Assembly: GCA_041662585.1 (NCBI GenBank)
Contig: JBAZSG010000003.1
Location: 33,011 to 97,010 of the forward strand
Length of the DNA stretch: 64,000 nt
Source of the DNA: Patescibacteria group bacterium
GTDB taxonomy: Bacteria > Patescibacteriota > Patescibacteriia > UBA1558 > GWA2-36-10
Reading direction: 5' to 3'
The notes beneath the pieces were generated by a model, which was not told the DNA's origin, searched no databases, and saw only the letters and a program-made list of their open reading frames with translations. This document shows positions 9,341-18,385 of this stretch, one piece after another (position 1 is the stretch's first letter; every line of letters starts with the position of its first letter). The position numbers and the translations under genes were made by a program.

Positions 9341-11149
9341 ATGTTGGATAAAATTATAAATTCAAAAACTCGTCTAGCTATCTTGTCTTTATTTTTTAAA
9401 AATCAAGACAAAGAATTTTATGCTGGAGAGATTATCAAACAAAGCAATATGGATGCAGCTAATGTCCATAAAGAATTAAAAAATTTGGTAGCTGGTAAAT
9501 TTGTATTGCAAGAAGATAAATCAAGTAGAAAATATTTTTCTTTAAATAAAGATAATATTTTTTATAATGGTTTGGATAAGGTATTTAGTCAATATAAAGT
9601 ATCCATATCTGGAGATGTGTGGTTTTCTTTGGAATCAATGCCAAATTATTATCCTATGGTGGTGGCTTTTACTTGGAATGTAAAACGAGCCAATGATTTT
9701 TTACAAAGCCGTGGCTATAAAAATAAATTTACCAAACTACTCACTACCTATAACAATAATATCAATGATTTGCTTTTGATTAAAAAAGAATTTGACGACT
9801 TATCACAAGAAACTTTAGATAAGATTAATTCTGATCCAGATTGGGGGCATAGATATGTTGATGATTTATCACAAGCCATCCCTAAGTTGGTTAAAGCCAC
9901 TAAAGATTTGGAAAAAGTAAATTTGGGCAAATTATCCAATGAAGAATTATATAATTTATATCAGGAGTATTATGATGCTTATGGACGTCTTCATAGATTT
10001 CACTGGGTACAAACCATCGCTGATTTTGGTGACAATTTGTTTTCTAAATATCTAATGAATTATTTGCGTCATAAGGTCAAAGATAGCCAATATTCTTTGG
10101 GAGAAGTCTTTTCTACTTTGACAACTCCGATAGAAGACGGTCAAGCCGCTAAAGAGTATCAAAATTTATTAGGTATCTTAAAAAATATAATAGCTGATGA
10201 AAATCTAAAACAATATTTTAAAGATACCGAAACTCGTATTATTTACAGAGATTTAAAAAATGTTAATAAGGTTGTTGATGAACAAATTTCTGAACATACT
10301 GGGCTCTATGGTTATCTTGGTTATGGTATGGCCGGCCCTGGTTGGGGTAAAGACTATTTTATTGATATTTTAGGATCTTTGGTCAGACAGAATACCAATC
10401 CTAGTGAATTATTGGATAATTTACAAAAAGACAAAATAAACATTGAAGCCAAACAGCAGAAATTTATTAAACAACTAGAGGTAGATGAAAAACATCAGCA
10501 ATTGTTTGAAGTAGCTAGAGGTTTGGTTTTTACCAAAGGTACTCGCAAGGAATCTATGTTTTACAGTTATAGTGTTATAGAAAATTTGTTTAGAGAAATT
10601 GGTCGCCGTTATTATTTATCGGTCAATCAGGTGAGATATTTTTATCCCCATGAATTTGAAGATTTATTGCTTCACAATAAATTTAGTGCGGCTAAACTAA
10701 ATGAGCGTTATAAATTTAGTTTGCAATATTCAGTAGGTGATTATCATCAAGATAAATTATTAGAAGGTGAAGAAGCTAGAAAATTTTTAGAAAATTTTAA
10801 TATTGTCAAAGAGGAAATCGTTGATATTAAAGTAATGGAAGGAGATTGTGCTTCTCCTGGTCGAGCTCGTGGTAGTGCAAAAATTATCAATATTCCCAAA
10901 GATATGAGTAAAATGGAACAAGGCGATGTGCTTATATCTATCGCCACTACTCCGGATTTAGTACCAGCTATTAAAAAGGCTAGTGCTATTGTCACTGACG
11001 TCGGAGGTATTACTTGTCATGCTGCCATTGTTTCTCGTGAATTGGGCATTCCTTGTGTTATTGGTACTAAAATCGCTACCAAAGCCTTAAAAGATGGTGA
11101 TGTAGTAGATGTAGATGCTACGCATGGTAAAGTTACGATTGTCCGGTAG
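9341..11149 (+). CDS. winged-HTH fused PEP-utiliser phospho-His domain protein #5
   Basis: N-terminal SKTRLAILSLFF...EFYAGEII...NVHKELKNL...RKYFSLN (ArsR-like wHTH); C-terminal TDVGGITCHAAIVSRELGIPCVIGT. Confidence 0.85.
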   Translation: MLDKIINSKTRLAILSLFFKNQDKEFYAGEIIKQSNMDAANVHKELKNLVAGKFVLQEDKSSRKYFSLNKDNIFYNGLDKVFSQYKVSISGDVWFSLESMPNYYPMVVAFTWNVKRANDFLQSRGYKNKFTKLLTTYNNNINDLLLIKKEFDDLSQETLDKINSDPDWGHRYVDDLSQAIPKLVKATKDLEKVNLGKLSNEELYNLYQEYYDAYGRLHRFHWVQTIADFGDNLFSKYLMNYLRHKVKDSQYSLGEVFSTLTTPIEDGQAAKEYQNLLGILKNIIADENLKQYFKDTETRIIYRDLKNVNKVVDEQISEHTGLYGYLGYGMAGPGWGKDYFIDILGSLVRQNTNPSELLDNLQKDKINIEAKQQKFIKQLEVDEKHQQLFEVARGLVFTKGTRKESMFYSYSVIENLFREIGRRYYLSVNQVRYFYPHEFEDLLLHNKFSAAKLNERYKFSLQYSVGDYHQDKLLEGEEARKFLENFNIVKEEIVDIKVMEGDCASPGRARGSAKIINIPKDMSKMEQGDVLISIATTPDLVPAIKKASAIVTDVGGITCHAAIVSRELGIPCVIGTKIATKALKDGDVVDVDATHGKVTIVR

Positions 11150-11215
11150 ACAAAAGGTCCATTGGACTTTTTGTTTTAAGCATACTAAAATTAAGATAAA
11201 TATTAATTTATTACT

Positions 11216-12154
11216 ATGGAATTAGTCAGAGATTTTAAAAAAATAGATAAAAATCATGTCGCTTTGGCTGGAGGTAAGGGGGCATCTTTAGGAGAAATGA
11301 CCAAAGCGGGTATTCCTGTACCACCTGGTTTTGTGGTTTTATCTGGAGCTTTTGACAGATTTTTAGAAGAAACAGATTTGAATGTAGAAATAGAAGCTAT
11401 TTTAAAAACAGTTAAACATGAAGATGTTAATTCTGTGGAAAAGTCTTCTTTAAAAATAAGAGATTTAATTGCTGATGCTAAGATGCCAGAGGATATTGCC
11501 AAAGAAATTAAAGTATCTTTTAAAAAGCTTGATGCTAAATATGTAGCTGTGCGTTCTTCTGCTACAGCTGAGGATTCATCTATTGCATCTTGGGCCGGAG
11601 AATTGGAGTCATATCTTAATACCACAGATAAAGATTTGCTTGATAATGTCAAAAAATGTTGGTCATCACTTTTTACACCTCGGGCAATTTTTTATCGTTT
11701 TGAAAAAAAATTACATAACACTAAGGTATCTGTAGCTGTGGTAGTACAAGCAATGGTGCAGTCACAAGTGAGTGGTATTGTTTTTACTGTTCATCCAGTC
11801 ACAGAAGATCAGAAACAGATGATTATTGAAGCTGGTTGGGGATTGGGTGAAGCTATTGTTTCAGGTATGGTTACTCCCGATGCTTATGTTATAGATAAAA
11901 CAGATTTTTCTATTGTGGATATCAATATTTCAGATCAAGCCAAATACATTATCAAAACTAACAAAGGCAACAAATTTACAGATGTGCCTAGTGATAAACG
12001 TGAAGAGCAAAAATTGTCTGGTGCTCAGATTGTAGAGCTAGCCAAAATTTGTGTGGATATTGAAAAACACTACGGCTTTCCTTGTGATATAGAATGGGCT
12101 ATGGAAAAAAATAAATTTTATATTACCCAGTCCAGACCAATCACCACTTTATAA
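11216..12154 (+). CDS. stand-alone PEP synthase/PPDK N-terminal ATP-grasp (nucleotide-binding) subunit
   Basis: AGGKGASLGEM, GIPVPPGFVV, VAVRSSATAEDS, GLGEAIVSG, DIEWA; ends at QSRPITTL with no His domain. Confidence 0.9.
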   Translation: MELVRDFKKIDKNHVALAGGKGASLGEMTKAGIPVPPGFVVLSGAFDRFLEETDLNVEIEAILKTVKHEDVNSVEKSSLKIRDLIADAKMPEDIAKEIKVSFKKLDAKYVAVRSSATAEDSSIASWAGELESYLNTTDKDLLDNVKKCWSSLFTPRAIFYRFEKKLHNTKVSVAVVVQAMVQSQVSGIVFTVHPVTEDQKQMIIEAGWGLGEAIVSGMVTPDAYVIDKTDFSIVDINISDQAKYIIKTNKGNKFTDVPSDKREEQKLSGAQIVELAKICVDIEKHYGFPCDIEWAMEKNKFYITQSRPITTL

Positions 12155-12168
12155 ATTTTATATAAAAG

Positions 12169-12201
12169 AAAAGAGCCCAGTTGTTTAGACAGGGCTCTTT
12201 T
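12169..12201. terminator. bidirectional intrinsic terminator
   Basis: AAAAGAGCCC...GGGCTCTTTT between convergent genes. Confidence 0.75.
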
Positions 12202-12221
12202 AAATTCGCGGTGTTGGCGAA

Positions 12222-12719
12222 TTATACCTCGGTTTCGCCGAGTTGGTCGAGAATCGACCAGCCGATTTCACCGTTTTCGTCGATGGTGATCTCGATGACT
12301 GAGCCGCTTTTGGCGGCTTCTATACCCAGAGACTTGGCAAATGGTCTGCCGGTGCATAGCACAGCCCCATCGGGCAGAGACTCCAGGAAAGCAGGAATGG
12401 CGGGCGCCATATCAGCGATGCCGGTGTAGGCATCATAGGCACAGTGGTTGCCGTCGGCAAAGACGATGGTCGGCTGACCATCGATCATGTCGAGCGACGT
12501 GGCGTCACCCAGAAGCAGAGTTGAGCGGGTCATGGTCAGACCCAGTGTGGCAGCAACGTGCCGATGTCGGCGACCAGTGCCGCATATTACAGCCGCAGGA
12601 TTTTCAGGGAGGAGTCCCTTGAGGGACTCAATCTGATTTACTCCTTTGAGAGTCATCAGGGGGTCAGCCCCATCGCTCTTGTCGCCGTGCAATACGGCGA
12701 AAAATTGATTGACTTTCAC
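12222..12719 (-). CDS. GC-rich small, degenerate histidine phosphatase-fold protein
   Basis: FAVLHGDK...MTLKGVNQIE...VICGTGRRHR; first Arg of RHG replaced by Leu; GTG start after GAAAGG. Confidence 0.55.
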   Translation of the reverse strand: MKVNQFFAVLHGDKSDGADPLMTLKGVNQIESLKGLLPENPAAVICGTGRRHRHVAATLGLTMTRSTLLLGDATSLDMIDGQPTIVFADGNHCAYDAYTGIADMAPAIPAFLESLPDGAVLCTGRPFAKSLGIEAAKSGSVIEITIDENGEIGWSILDQLGETEV

Positions 12720-12766
12720 TTTTTAGCCTTTCTTTTGGGTTGTAGGGTACTTGATTTTAATATAAT

Positions 12767-12795
12767 ATTATAGCATATTTTTATACTTTTGTCAA
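12767..12795 (-). promoter_or_regulatory. consensus sigma70 promoter
   Basis: TTGACA-17-TATAAT with TG extension. Confidence 0.75.
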
Positions 12796-12906
12796 TGATA
12801 GTATTTTTTTAAAAATAATTATTTTGAGGTGGTGTTTTATTGCTATTGACAATAATCACTATATATGCTAATATACAAAATACTTTGATTTTGTAGTGTC
12901 TATCGC

Positions 12907-13167
12907 TTGTATAAGCAAGGACACTCAAGTCAGGGTAGTATCATTACAATCAAAAAAGGTTGCGACCAAAAGTTGGTTGCAACCAAACAAACACTGAAGT
13001 TGGCCAAGCAGGCCAAGGAGGTTCTTGATGCGTACCTACAAGAAGCATCACTCGCCCCCGTCCGTGGTTTTTACGAATATTATCACCAAAAAGGCGAAGA
13101 AGACCGCCACGACGAGCTGACCGAGATCCGGCCGGCGGTCGTGATTCTGATGAGTATCAGAAAATAA
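12907..13167 (+). CDS. GC-rich hypothetical ORF, possibly a decayed longer gene
   Basis: 86-aa ORF with TTG start; promoter TTGACA-17-TAATAT at 12846-12874; GC-rich sequence continues to the terminator. Confidence 0.35.
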   Translation: MYKQGHSSQGSIITIKKGCDQKLVATKQTLKLAKQAKEVLDAYLQEASLAPVRGFYEYYHQKGEEDRHDELTEIRPAVVILMSIRK

Positions 13168-13284
13168 GCTCAATCAGACAACGACCTGCCGAACGAACGA
13201 ACATCAAAAAACTGAATTCGCCGGCGCAAGCCGTACAAAAATGACGGCGATTTGCCGACGATTCAGCAGTGCTCTTCTGTGTAT

Positions 13285-13318
13285 GCCGCCCCACCTAGCT
13301 AGGTCGGGGCGGTTTTTT
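13285..13318 (+). terminator. intrinsic terminator
   Basis: GCCGCCCC-ACCT/AGGT-C-GGGGCGGT stem followed by a T run. Confidence 0.75.
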
Positions 13319-13394
13319 ATTGACATTTTTTCTTAAAATTGTTCAAATATTGGGTAGATTTTTTATAAATAATGTGTTAAAATAAGTACATAAT

Positions 13395-13754
13395 ATGTCT
13401 ATAATTCGCACCAGCAAAGTATTATATAAAGATAAATTAGCTTTTTGGCTAATTAATTTTTCTTTTTTGTCTATATTAGCCACTTGGTTTTTATTTTTTA
13501 TTAAAAGAATCAAATATGATCCTTTGGCTGTACTACATTACAATATTTACTCGGGGATTGATATTTTGGGTGCTTGGTACATACTTTTTATTATTCCGGT
13601 TTTAGTTTTAATTGTATCATTTTTAGATTTCTTTTTAGCGGTATTACTTTGGACTAAAGTAAGGGTCATGAGTTATTTTTTATTGCTTACTATTTTACTT
13701 ATAAATGTTTTTATGTTTTTATTTTTATATAATATATTAAATTACAATTTATAA
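13395..13754 (+). CDS. small membrane protein upstream of mraY
   Basis: three hydrophobic segments; 1-nt overlap with mraY. Confidence 0.7.
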   Translation: MSIIRTSKVLYKDKLAFWLINFSFLSILATWFLFFIKRIKYDPLAVLHYNIYSGIDILGAWYILFIIPVLVLIVSFLDFFLAVLLWTKVRVMSYFLLLTILLINVFMFLFLYNILNYNL

Positions 13755-14806
13755 TGCCTTCATTTGAAATAATCAAAGTTTTGACTTTGGCCACCGTAGC
13801 TTTTGCTTTATCTATGTTGCTTACACCAGCTTGGACTCATTTTCTTTATAAGTACAAATTGGTCAAAAATGTTCGTGATGATAATACTACTCCAATATTT
13901 TCCAAATTACACAAAGGTAAATCAGGTACCCCTACTATGGGTGGAGTGCTTATTTGGTTGACGGTTTTGATTTTGGCTATTGTTTTTTGGCTTATTCATA
14001 TTTTTTGGCCAAATACTATATTGGCTGGTTTTGATTTTTTGACTCGTGAAGAAACATATTTGCCTTTAGGCGCTTTGGTAGCGTCAGCTATTGTTGGTTT
14101 GGTAGACGACTGGTTCAATGTTTCTCGTCAGGGAGGTGGAAAAGGTGGTGGTTTGACCGTCAAACACCGTCTTTTTATTTATACTTTGATCGCTTTATTT
14201 GGAGCAGGCTGGTTTTATTTCAAATTAGATTGGGATGTAATCCGTGTACCATTTTTAGGAGTTTTTGAAATGGGCTGGTGGTTTATCCCGTTTTTTGTTT
14301 TTGTGTTGGTAGCCACTGCTTTTTCAGTAAATGAAGCTGATGGTTTGGACGGCTTGGCTGGTGGTATAGTGTTGGCTGCTTTTTCAGCTTATGGCACGAT
14401 TTCTTTTGTGCAAGGAAACTACAATATGGCTGCGTTTTGTGGAGTAATCTCTGGAGCTTTACTTTCATTTTTATGGTTCAATATAAATCCAGCTAGATTT
14501 TTTATGGGTGATACTGGAGCCATGTCACTAGGAATTGTTTTGGGTATTGTAGCCATGTTGACAGGCTATCCATTACTTTTGCCAATCATTGGATTTTTAT
14601 TATTATTAGAATCTTTATCAGTTATTATTCAAATACTTTCTAAAAAAATTCGTCATAAAAAAGTTTTTTTATCTACACCAATTCATCATCACTTTGAAGC
14701 TCAAGGATGGCCAGAAACAAAAATTGTAATGAGGTTTTGGGTTATAGCTGGTGTTTTTGCAGTACTAGGACTTATTATTGCCATTATTGATTTATCTTTA
14801 TGGTAA
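13754..14806 (+). CDS. mraY: phospho-N-acetylmuramoyl-pentapeptide transferase
   Basis: KSGTPTMGG, DGLDGL, FMGDTG, PIHHHFE. Confidence 0.96.
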   Translation: MPSFEIIKVLTLATVAFALSMLLTPAWTHFLYKYKLVKNVRDDNTTPIFSKLHKGKSGTPTMGGVLIWLTVLILAIVFWLIHIFWPNTILAGFDFLTREETYLPLGALVASAIVGLVDDWFNVSRQGGGKGGGLTVKHRLFIYTLIALFGAGWFYFKLDWDVIRVPFLGVFEMGWWFIPFFVFVLVATAFSVNEADGLDGLAGGIVLAAFSAYGTISFVQGNYNMAAFCGVISGALLSFLWFNINPARFFMGDTGAMSLGIVLGIVAMLTGYPLLLPIIGFLLLLESLSVIIQILSKKIRHKKVFLSTPIHHHFEAQGWPETKIVMRFWVIAGVFAVLGLIIAIIDLSLW

Positions 14807-16212
14807 ATAGTTTTAAAGGAAAAAAAATATTGGTAATGGGGCTAGGTCTCCATGGTGGAGCTTTGTCGGTTGTAAAATGGTTATTAAAACACCAAGCCAT
14901 TATCACTATTACTGACCTTAAAAATAAAGCACAACTTCAGACAAGTTTAAAAAAATTATCTAAGTTGGCAGGAGCAAGTAGTATAAAATACACTTTGGGG
15001 CGTCATGATTTGGCTGATTTTATAAATCAAGATTTGATTATTCAAAATCCTGGAGTACCAAAAGATAATCAGTTTTTAAATCAAGCTAGAGCCAATAATA
15101 TACCAATTATCAATGAAGCGGTGATGTTTTTTGGGCTTTATCCAGGCTCAGCCATTGCTGTGACTGGTACTCGTGGCAAATCTACCGTCTCTACTTTGAT
15201 TCACAAAATAATCAAAACAACTATAAAAAGTAATGTAGTTACTGGTAATATTGCCACTACTCCTATGTTTGATGTTTTGAGCAAACTCAAGATAAATTCT
15301 TTACCAGTAATTGAGCTTTCTTCTTGGCATTTAGAAACAATGGATGATTATAAGATCTCCCCACATATTGCTGTAGTGACCAATGTTTTAAATGATCATT
15401 TAAATAGATACAAAAATTTTACTGATTATAAGCAAGCCAAAAGAGTAATTTTAAAATATCAAAGTAAAAAAGACAAAGTAATTTTAAATGCTGATAATCT
15501 TTTTAGTCGATCTTTTGCTAAACAGGCCAAAGCAAGTGTTTATTTTTATTCTCTAAATAAAAAAGTAAGAGGTGTTTATCTAAGTAAAAATAAAATTTAT
15601 TTTAAGGATAAAACTAAAGCATCTTTTGTAATGAGTATAGATTACATAAAGCTTTTAGGTAAACACAATTTATCAAATATTTTAGCAGCTATTTGCGTAG
15701 CTAAAATAGTGGGCATAAACAACAAAAATATTTCTAGAGCCGTTAATGCTTTTAAAGGTGTAGATTATAGATTAGAGTACAAAACAACTATAAATGGTAT
15801 TGATATTTATAATGATTCTACATCTACTACTCCAGATGCAAGTCTCGCAGCGATTGAAGCGATGGGTAACAAAAAAATTATTTTGTTGGCTGGTGGTGAA
15901 GATAAAAAATTGGATTATCAAAAATTGGCCAAGAAAATAAAAACAAGAGTAGCTTATACCGTGTTACTTGATGGTAGTGCTAGTAACAAACTCAAAAAAG
16001 CACTTAAAAAAATAAAATATCCACAAGACAAAATATTTTCAGATATAGCTACTTTGAAAAAAGCATTTGCTATAGCTTGGCAACAAAGAAGTAGAGGAGA
16101 TGTTATTTTATTTTCTCCTGGAGCAGCTAGTTTCAACATGTTTAAAAATGAGTTTGACAGAGCGCGTCAATTTGATGCTTTGATATATGCACAGCAGAAG
16201 AAGAAACAATAG
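14800..16212 (+). CDS. murD: UDP-MurNAc-L-Ala:D-Glu ligase
   Basis: VTGTRGKST, ELSSW, DHLNRY, YNDSTST, SPGAASF. Confidence 0.94.
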   Translation: MVNSFKGKKILVMGLGLHGGALSVVKWLLKHQAIITITDLKNKAQLQTSLKKLSKLAGASSIKYTLGRHDLADFINQDLIIQNPGVPKDNQFLNQARANNIPIINEAVMFFGLYPGSAIAVTGTRGKSTVSTLIHKIIKTTIKSNVVTGNIATTPMFDVLSKLKINSLPVIELSSWHLETMDDYKISPHIAVVTNVLNDHLNRYKNFTDYKQAKRVILKYQSKKDKVILNADNLFSRSFAKQAKASVYFYSLNKKVRGVYLSKNKIYFKDKTKASFVMSIDYIKLLGKHNLSNILAAICVAKIVGINNKNISRAVNAFKGVDYRLEYKTTINGIDIYNDSTSTTPDASLAAIEAMGNKKIILLAGGEDKKLDYQKLAKKIKTRVAYTVLLDGSASNKLKKALKKIKYPQDKIFSDIATLKKAFAIAWQQRSRGDVILFSPGAASFNMFKNEFDRARQFDALIYAQQKKKQ

Positions 16213-17353
16213 TTTTATAGAATGGTTTTTACAGCCATTTACCAGCAGACGGACTGATGGGCATCAGCCAGATTTTGTTTTATTGATTATTATTGCTTTG
16301 CTATTATTTTTTGGTTTAGTATTTTTATCATCAGCTTCTTCTGTGTTGGCTTTTTATGAATATCAAGATACTTATCGTTTTGTAAAGCAACAAATTATCC
16401 ATGGTATTTTACCAGGTTTGTTGCTGTTTTATATAGCCATACGTATCAATTATATATATTACAAAAAATTAGCTTGGCTTGCTTTACTGGGATCTTTTGG
16501 ATTATTGATTTTAGTTTTTTTTACTAGCCTTGGAAGTTCTTATAGCGCTCAGTCTTGGATAGTTTTTGGTAGTATTTCTTTTCAACCTTCAGAATTGGTA
16601 AAATTATTTTTAATTATTTTTTTGGCAGCTTGGTTTGAAATAAAAGGCAATGACATAAAAGAATTTAAGAAGACAACTATACCTTTTATAATTATTATTG
16701 CTTGTATTGGTTTTTTAATTATCAAGCAGCCAGATATTGGTACTTTGAGTATTATTGGGATTACAGCCTTAGCTATGTATTATGTGGCTGGAGCTAGACT
16801 GACTCATTTAGGCCTAATACTAGCAGCTGCTTCTGTTACTTTTGTGGTTATGATTAAAGCAGCACCATATCGTATGAATAGAATAGTTGCTTGGCTCAAT
16901 CCCAATGTAGATCCACAGGGTATTGGTTGGCAAATAAAACAATCACTTATTGCTGTTGGTTCTGGTGGTTGGATGGGTTTGGGGATTGGATCTTCACGTC
17001 AAAAATCATATTTACCTCAACCAGCCAACGATTCTATATTTGCAATTATTGCCGAAGAGATTGGTTTTCTTTTTTCTTTAGCTTTTATTATTTTATTTAT
17101 AATTTTGATTCACCGTGGTTTTCAAATAGTCAGACAATCAGATGATACTTTTGCCAAACTATTAGCATTGGGCATTACGACTTGGATGGCTTTACAGATT
17201 TTTATAAATATTGGAGGCATGCTCAAATTAATGCCACTGACTGGCGTGACACTTCCTTTTATGTCACTAGGAGGAACCAATTTAGTGGTGACACTTTTGG
17301 CTATGGGTATTTTAGCCAATATTTCAAAATTTACAAACCAGCATAATAGATAA
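16187..17353 (+). CDS. ftsW: SEDS peptidoglycan polymerase
   Basis: SFQPSELVK, QPDIGT, DSIFAIIAEEIG, GVTLPFMSLGG; located between murD and murG. Confidence 0.92.
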   Translation: MHSRRRNNSFIEWFLQPFTSRRTDGHQPDFVLLIIIALLLFFGLVFLSSASSVLAFYEYQDTYRFVKQQIIHGILPGLLLFYIAIRINYIYYKKLAWLALLGSFGLLILVFFTSLGSSYSAQSWIVFGSISFQPSELVKLFLIIFLAAWFEIKGNDIKEFKKTTIPFIIIIACIGFLIIKQPDIGTLSIIGITALAMYYVAGARLTHLGLILAAASVTFVVMIKAAPYRMNRIVAWLNPNVDPQGIGWQIKQSLIAVGSGGWMGLGIGSSRQKSYLPQPANDSIFAIIAEEIGFLFSLAFIILFIILIHRGFQIVRQSDDTFAKLLALGITTWMALQIFINIGGMLKLMPLTGVTLPFMSLGGTNLVVTLLAMGILANISKFTNQHNR

Positions 17354-18385
17354 ATGCAAAATAAAAATCCAAAAATATTATTAGCAGGTGGAGGGACACT
17401 TGGGTCAGTATCTCCACTTTTGGCTATTGCTGCAAAATATAAAGCCGACTATCTTTTTGTAGGTAGTGAGCATGGTCCAGAGCAAGATTTTGTAATTTCT
17501 CAAGGTATAGCCAATTTTCAGTCTATAAAAAGTGGCAAATTACGTCGTTATTTTGACTGGCAAAATTTTGTAGATGTATATCGAATCAAGCTAGCTTTTT
17601 TTCAAAGTCTAAAAATAATTTGGCATTTTAAACCAGATATAGTGCTGACAGCTGGTTCTTTTGTCGCTGTACCAGTGGTGTGGGCTGCTTGGCTACTTGG
17701 CAAGCCAGTGGTTGTTCATCAACAAGATTTGGTAGTTGGTTTGGCCAATAAATTGATGGCACCTTTTGCAAAAAAAATTACAGTAGTATTTCCTGAGCAA
17801 ATAAAAGATTTTGATAATAAAAAAACTATAGTTACTGGTAATCCAGTTAGAGAAGCAAAAAGTAGCTTAGAAAAAACTTCTCCCCTTATAGTAATTACCG
17901 GTGGAGGATTAGGTGCTCGTTCTATGAATAAATTTGTTAAAGATTTTGTTCCCAGAATGTTAGAGGCTGGTTTTGAAGTTTATCATATACTTGGCAAAAA
18001 AAATCTAGATCAAGCCTTGGAGCTTCGTGGGTATCATAGCGACAAGTTTATAAAAAATGCTATGCTTGATATATTGGCTCAAGCTGATATTATCATATCT
18101 CGAGCTGGTATGTCTTTGATATCAGAGGCGGCGGCTTTAAAAAAAGCTCTGGTGCTTATTCCAATGGAAGACAGTCATCAAGAAAGAAATGCTGCTTTTT
18201 TGGCCAAGCACAATGCCGCAGTGATGATTAGGCAAGGAAATCATCATATAATGAATAGATATTTGGATAAATTATTAGTGAAAGAAGATTTAAGACAAGC
18301 TTTGGGCAACAATCTTTATAATCTCTTTCCAAAAAACGCTATAAATGATTATATTATACTGATAGATAAGATTTTGAATAAATAA
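17354..18385 (+). CDS. murG: lipid II GlcNAc transferase
   Basis: GGGTLG, TGNPVR, GGGLGA, SRAG, HQERNA. Confidence 0.92.
   Translation: MQNKNPKILLAGGGTLGSVSPLLAIAAKYKADYLFVGSEHGPEQDFVISQGIANFQSIKSGKLRRYFDWQNFVDVYRIKLAFFQSLKIIWHFKPDIVLTAGSFVAVPVVWAAWLLGKPVVVHQQDLVVGLANKLMAPFAKKITVVFPEQIKDFDNKKTIVTGNPVREAKSSLEKTSPLIVITGGGLGARSMNKFVKDFVPRMLEAGFEVYHILGKKNLDQALELRGYHSDKFIKNAMLDILAQADIIISRAGMSLISEAAALKKALVLIPMEDSHQERNAAFLAKHNAAVMIRQGNHHIMNRYLDKLLVKEDLRQALGNNLYNLFPKNAINDYIILIDKILNK

Noticed and set aside
3-12154. Calling these genes ppsA or fragments of one broken PEP synthase
   Set aside because: Five intact His domains with distinct long N-termini and no pyruvate-binding domain; not a fragmented single gene
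12181-12773. Three short plus-strand ORFs
   Set aside because: Shadows of the GC-rich minus-strand gene 12222..12719
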